Shown piece by piece: positions 60,116 to 64,000 of a stretch of 64,000 nt of DNA. The notes under the pieces were generated by a model. That model did no database searches. It had not been told where the DNA came from and saw nothing but the letters and a program-made list of their open reading frames with translations. The translations under genes and the position numbers were made by a program. Numbering within the stretch: the first letter of the stretch is position 1; every line of letters starts with the position of its first letter. The DNA comes from an uncultured delta proteobacterium (GTDB lineage Bacteria; Desulfobacterota; RBG-13-43-22): the NCBI GenBank assembly GCA_963790475.1, contig CAWBOS010000010.1, positions 1,664,001 to 1,728,000 of the forward strand, written 5' to 3'.

Positions 60116-61447
60116 ATGCCGACGAAAGATGATTTGAAAGCCAGGGTTTGCGAGGAGATCGATCGCAGGAAGGATAAAATTATTAAAACAGCGCTGCATA
60201 TCCTGGAAAATCCTGAGACCGGTTTCCGGGAGATAAAAACATCTCGTCTGGTGGGAGAAAAATTCAAAGAGTTGGGGATAAGCCATAGAGAAGGATTAGC
60301 CTTGACCGGTTTAAAAGGATCCATATCCGGAAAGGGTGCGGGACCATCCGTGGCCATTCTGGGAGAACTGGACTCCCTGATCATACCCGATCACCCGAAA
60401 GCGGACTTAAAAACCGGGGCGGCTCACGCCTGCGGCCATCATGCCCAGATAGGCGCGATGATCGGAGCGGCCGTGGGTTTCAGGTATTCGGGCGTGATGC
60501 CCTATCTTAGCGGCAAGGTGGTTTTTATGGCGGTTCCGGCCGAAGAGTATATTGAAATCAGTTTCCGGAACCGTTTACGAAAAGAAGGGGAAATCTCTTA
60601 TTTGGCCGGCAAGCAGGAGTTGATCAAGTTGGGGGAATTTGATGACATCGATTTGGCCATGATGACTCATAACCATAGTAATCCAAGAGGAAAGAAACTG
60701 GGAGTGGGCGGTACCAGTAACGGTATGCTGGCCAAACAGATTCAATTCCTTGGACGAGGGGCCCATGCCGGCGCGGCCCCCCATCAGGGCATCAACGCCC
60801 TGAACGCCGCCATGATCGCCCTTTCGGCCATTCACACCCAGCGGGAAACCTTCCGGGAAAGAGACGCCATCAGGATACACCCCATTATTACCAAAGGCGG
60901 CGAGGCCGTGAATATTGTGCCCTCCGATGTGCGAATGGAGACCTATGTCCGTGGTAAAACACTGGAAGCCATAAAAAATGCTAACGACAAAGTGGACCGC
61001 TGTCTGCGGGCCGGCGCCTTGGCGGTGGGGGGAAAGGTCCACATTACCACGCTTCCCGGATATTCTCCTATGATAAACGATCCTCTCCTGCAGGAAGTCT
61101 ACAAAGGAAATGCCATTTCTTTGGTGGGAGAGGACGAAGTCGGAGATACGGTCGGACATAACACCGGATCTACTGATATGGGGGACATCAGTCAGATCAT
61201 GCCGGCCATTCATCCTTACGCCGGCGGGGCCATAGGGTTAAGTCATGGGAATGATTTTATGATAAATGACTATGAACTCGGGGTCATTATTCCGGCGAAG
61301 GCCATGGCTATGACGGTCATAGACCTTCTGGCCGATGACGCCGTTAAAGGAAAAGAAATACTGGCCAAAAGCAAACCTCCACTCACCAGAGAACAATATC
61401 TGGCCCTGATGGACAGTTTATTGAAAGAGGAGGAATACGACAGTTAG
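60116..61447 (+). CDS. M20 family amidohydrolase
   Basis: PETGFRE, HACGHH, PAEE, HAGAAPH.GINAL, GSTDMGD. Confidence 0.92.
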   Translation: MPTKDDLKARVCEEIDRRKDKIIKTALHILENPETGFREIKTSRLVGEKFKELGISHREGLALTGLKGSISGKGAGPSVAILGELDSLIIPDHPKADLKTGAAHACGHHAQIGAMIGAAVGFRYSGVMPYLSGKVVFMAVPAEEYIEISFRNRLRKEGEISYLAGKQELIKLGEFDDIDLAMMTHNHSNPRGKKLGVGGTSNGMLAKQIQFLGRGAHAGAAPHQGINALNAAMIALSAIHTQRETFRERDAIRIHPIITKGGEAVNIVPSDVRMETYVRGKTLEAIKNANDKVDRCLRAGALAVGGKVHITTLPGYSPMINDPLLQEVYKGNAISLVGEDEVGDTVGHNTGSTDMGDISQIMPAIHPYAGGAIGLSHGNDFMINDYELGVIIPAKAMAMTVIDLLADDAVKGKEILAKSKPPLTREQYLALMDSLLKEEEYDS

Positions 61448-61453
61448 TTTCCA

Positions 61454-61726
61454 TTGGGTGCAGCCCTGACCCTTAACACCTCGATCAGGGCACGTTACTA
61501 CGGGCGTAAGGCCTTCGGGACTATTCAGGGAATGTCTTCGTTGTTCCTGACTCCGGTGGGAGTGGCAGTCCCCATCTACGCCGGCTGGGTATATGACTCC
61601 ACGGGCGCCTATACCAGCGCTTTCTGGTTGTTTACCATACTCTTAGCGGTTTCATCGGCCATATTACCCTTTGTCCGCCCCCCTAAGGCGCCGGCAATAA
61701 TAACCGATATTAACGCCAATGCCTGA
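61454..61726 (+). pseudogene. MFS transporter C-terminal fragment
   Basis: YYGRKAFGTIQG...PIYAGWVYDSTGAY..AF; only the last 2-3 TMs. Confidence 0.75.
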
Positions 61727-61960
61727 ACTTAAGAAGGGCTTCTGAAAAAACTGGGACGCCACGGGTGGGCATGACCGTAATATCCGCTCCCGCGGAAAAG
61801 ACCTCCTTTCCGGCACCCCGAAGTATCACCACCCTTATGGCCTGATCATGAGCAAGATCGTCAAAAGTTTGTGCGATATCAAAAAGACAATCCGGCGTCA
61901 GGGCATTGCGTTTGTCCTCGTTCTTGATGGTCAAGGTAAATATTTTTTTTTTGACGAAGA
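61710..61960 (-). pseudogene. Enoyl-CoA hydratase N-terminal fragment
   Basis: TLTIKNEDKRNALT...VVILRGAGKEVFSAGADI. Confidence 0.7.
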
Positions 61961-62049
61961 CGGGGAGAAAGGCTACATTGTAAATATTAATGTAATGTCT
62001 CGCCGTTTCCGAAAAAAAATAGCGATTTTCGAAAAAGAAGGAGAAATCG

Positions 62050-63033
62050 ATGAAACGAATGTGGGGTGGTATTTTTTTGGCGACCTTTATCCTCATGACC
62101 GTATCCGGGAATTTGTCATTTGCCGCTCAGACCATTAACCTCAAGCTGGGTCACGCCGTGGCCCCCGAGCATCCCTATCATCTGGGGGCGATGAAATTCG
62201 CGGAACTCGTGGCCCAAAAGACCGGCAATAGAGTGAAGATTGACGTCTATCCTTCCACCCAGCTTGGTAACGAACGTGATATGGTTGAAGGGCTTCAATT
62301 AGGGACAATCGACCTGGTCGTGACTTCTACCGGTCCTTTGGGCGGGTTTGTTCCTAAAATGTTCGTAGTGGACCTGCCTTTCCTTTTTCGTGATCGGGAA
62401 CATGCCTATAAAGTCCTTGATGGTCCGATCGGCCGGGGGCTTCTTGATGCCTTTGCCGCCAAGGGGATCAAGGGCCTGGCCTTCTGGGAGAACGGGTTTC
62501 GCCAGATCACCAACAACGTCCGTCCCATTGAGAAACCCGAAGACCTGAAAGGGATCAAGATCCGAACCATGGAAAATAAGGTCCATCTCGCGGCCTTCAG
62601 GGCCTTTGGGGCCAGCCCCACGCCCATGGCCTGGAGCGAGGTCTATACCGCCCTGCAACAGAAGACCATCGACGGACAGGAAAATCCGATAGCCATCATT
62701 TACCATCAAAAGATTTATGAAGTTCAGAAGTATCTGGCACTCACCGGTCATTTTTATTCCCCCACCCCGCTTTTGATGAGTTTAAAGGTGTTCAACGCGC
62801 TGCCCAAGGACATTCAGAAAATAATGCTGGACACCGCGCTGGAATGCGCGACTTATGAGCGCAATCTCCTTCGAGACTCCGAGGCCAAGCAACTGGCCGA
62901 GATTAAGGCCAAAGGCGTACAGGTGACCATACCCAACAAGAAGCCTTTCCAGGAGGCTGCCGCCCCCGTCTATAAGGAATTCAGAGACCAATTCGGCAAA
63001 GAAATAATTGAGAGGATCATCAACACGCGTTAG
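62050..63033 (+). CDS. dctP: TRAP transporter substrate-binding protein
   Basis: Signal peptide; LG.E, DLPFLF, ENGFR, DLKGIKIR, DGQENP. Confidence 0.95.
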   Translation: MKRMWGGIFLATFILMTVSGNLSFAAQTINLKLGHAVAPEHPYHLGAMKFAELVAQKTGNRVKIDVYPSTQLGNERDMVEGLQLGTIDLVVTSTGPLGGFVPKMFVVDLPFLFRDREHAYKVLDGPIGRGLLDAFAAKGIKGLAFWENGFRQITNNVRPIEKPEDLKGIKIRTMENKVHLAAFRAFGASPTPMAWSEVYTALQQKTIDGQENPIAIIYHQKIYEVQKYLALTGHFYSPTPLLMSLKVFNALPKDIQKIMLDTALECATYERNLLRDSEAKQLAEIKAKGVQVTIPNKKPFQEAAAPVYKEFRDQFGKEIIERIINTR

Positions 63034-63049
63034 TAAAAAAAGAAATGAA

Positions 63050-63110
63050 CATAGAGCATAGGGCAAAGGGCAAAAGGCGTGAGGCACGAGGCACGAGGCG
63101 AGAGACGAAA
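63050..63110 (+). repeat. Heptamer tandem repeats (GGCACGA/GGCAAAG-like)
   Basis: catagag-catagg-gcaaagg-gcaaaag-gcgtgag-gcacgag-gcacgag. Confidence 0.6.
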
Positions 63111-63179
63111 CCCTCAGAAAAACTAACTGGCAGAAAAGCCCTGCGCTTAATCAGACTGCGGGGGAATTGCGATAAATAA

Positions 63180-63668
63180 ATGTACTACATCGTTCGGGTC
63201 TTTAATAAGTTCGATCAGGTTCTGGCCAAAGCAGAAACGATGGCCTTGATCCTCATTGTTTCGGTCATGACCCTGGTGGTCTTCCTTCAAGTCGTTTTTC
63301 GTTATGCCCTTGGCCGTCCGCTGGTCTGGTCGGAAGAGATGGCCCGCTATCTTTTTGTTTGGCTGTCGATTCTGGGTGCCGCTCTGGGTGTTCAGAAAGG
63401 AGGGCATTTCGGTTTCGATTTTTTTCAGCGGATGATGCCCGAGCGAGGGAAACATTACCTCGGGATCCTGGTCCATTTTTTGATGGGGGCGGTAGTTCTG
63501 GTTATTCTTTTCCAGGGGATCACGCTGGTTCAAATGACCAGGCTGCAGGAGTCGCCGGCCATGTCCATCTCCATGGCCTGGGCCTACGCCTCTCTTCCGG
63601 TTGGTGCCGGGCTCATGACCGTTCACCTCCTGACCGCCTTATTGAAAGATTTAGTAAAGGATAAATAA
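63180..63668 (+). CDS. dctQ: TRAP transporter small permease
   Basis: QVVFRY, WSEE.ARY, GGHF, 4 TMs. Confidence 0.92.
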   Translation: MYYIVRVFNKFDQVLAKAETMALILIVSVMTLVVFLQVVFRYALGRPLVWSEEMARYLFVWLSILGAALGVQKGGHFGFDFFQRMMPERGKHYLGILVHFLMGAVVLVILFQGITLVQMTRLQESPAMSISMAWAYASLPVGAGLMTVHLLTALLKDLVKDK

Positions 63669-63680
63669 GGATAAATAAGG

Positions 63681-64000
63681 ATGGGGCTTATTCTCAGTAT
63701 AGCCTTTATCATTTTTATCGCGATCAATGTCCCCATCGCCTTCAGCATGGGAATGGCCTCGATTCTCGGGCTCCTGGTCAAGGGAAGCATTCCCCTGATT
63801 ATCGTTCCCCAAAAAATATTCACCGGCAGCGATTCATTCCCCCTCCTGGCTGTTCCCTTTTTCATTCTGGCCGGAATGCTGATGGATACGGGCGGGATCT
63901 CTCTCCGTCTGGTGCGGCTGGCCCAAGCCCTGGTGGGACACTTTCGAAACGGTCTGGGGATGGTCTGTGTCGTTTCCGAAATTTTCTTCTCCGGGATTTC
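63681..64000 (+). CDS. dctM: TRAP transporter large permease, 5' part
   Basis: VPIAFSMG, DSFPLLAVPFFILAG.LM..GG. Confidence 0.92.
   Translation, partial: MGLILSIAFIIFIAINVPIAFSMGMASILGLLVKGSIPLIIVPQKIFTGSDSFPLLAVPFFILAGMLMDTGGISLRLVRLAQALVGHFRNGLGMVCVVSEIFFSGI

Overview
Bacterial chromosomal window, probably from an anaerobic Desulfobacterota/deltaproteobacterium-like organism (inferred from gene content: tungsten AOR, many acyl-CoA enzymes, TRAP transporter). It is dominated by CoA-dependent lipid/organic-acid catabolism: 3 acyl-CoA ligases, 4 acyl-CoA dehydrogenases, 2 enoyl-CoA hydratases, a thiolase, malonyl-CoA decarboxylase, a CitE-like lyase and several esterases. It also carries gatC/gatA, an EmrAB-type pump and a GH13 enzyme. 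Accessory DNA is heavily eroded: a decayed RM/toxin-antitoxin island (11.7-16.6 kb), several crippled toxins, a broken STAND/adenylate-cyclase cluster (45.5-53.2 kb) and many deletion remnants. A complete group II intron (21134-23067, minus strand) has an EBS1 that matches its insertion site; a second, empty copy of that site motif lies about 380 bp away. A 43-55 bp promoter/operator is shared by two catabolic operons 10 kb apart. Several REP/MITE-like palindromic elements and heptamer tandem repeats occur between genes. No rRNA, tRNA or CRISPR array was seen. Family assignments come from motif recognition by eye, not database searches.
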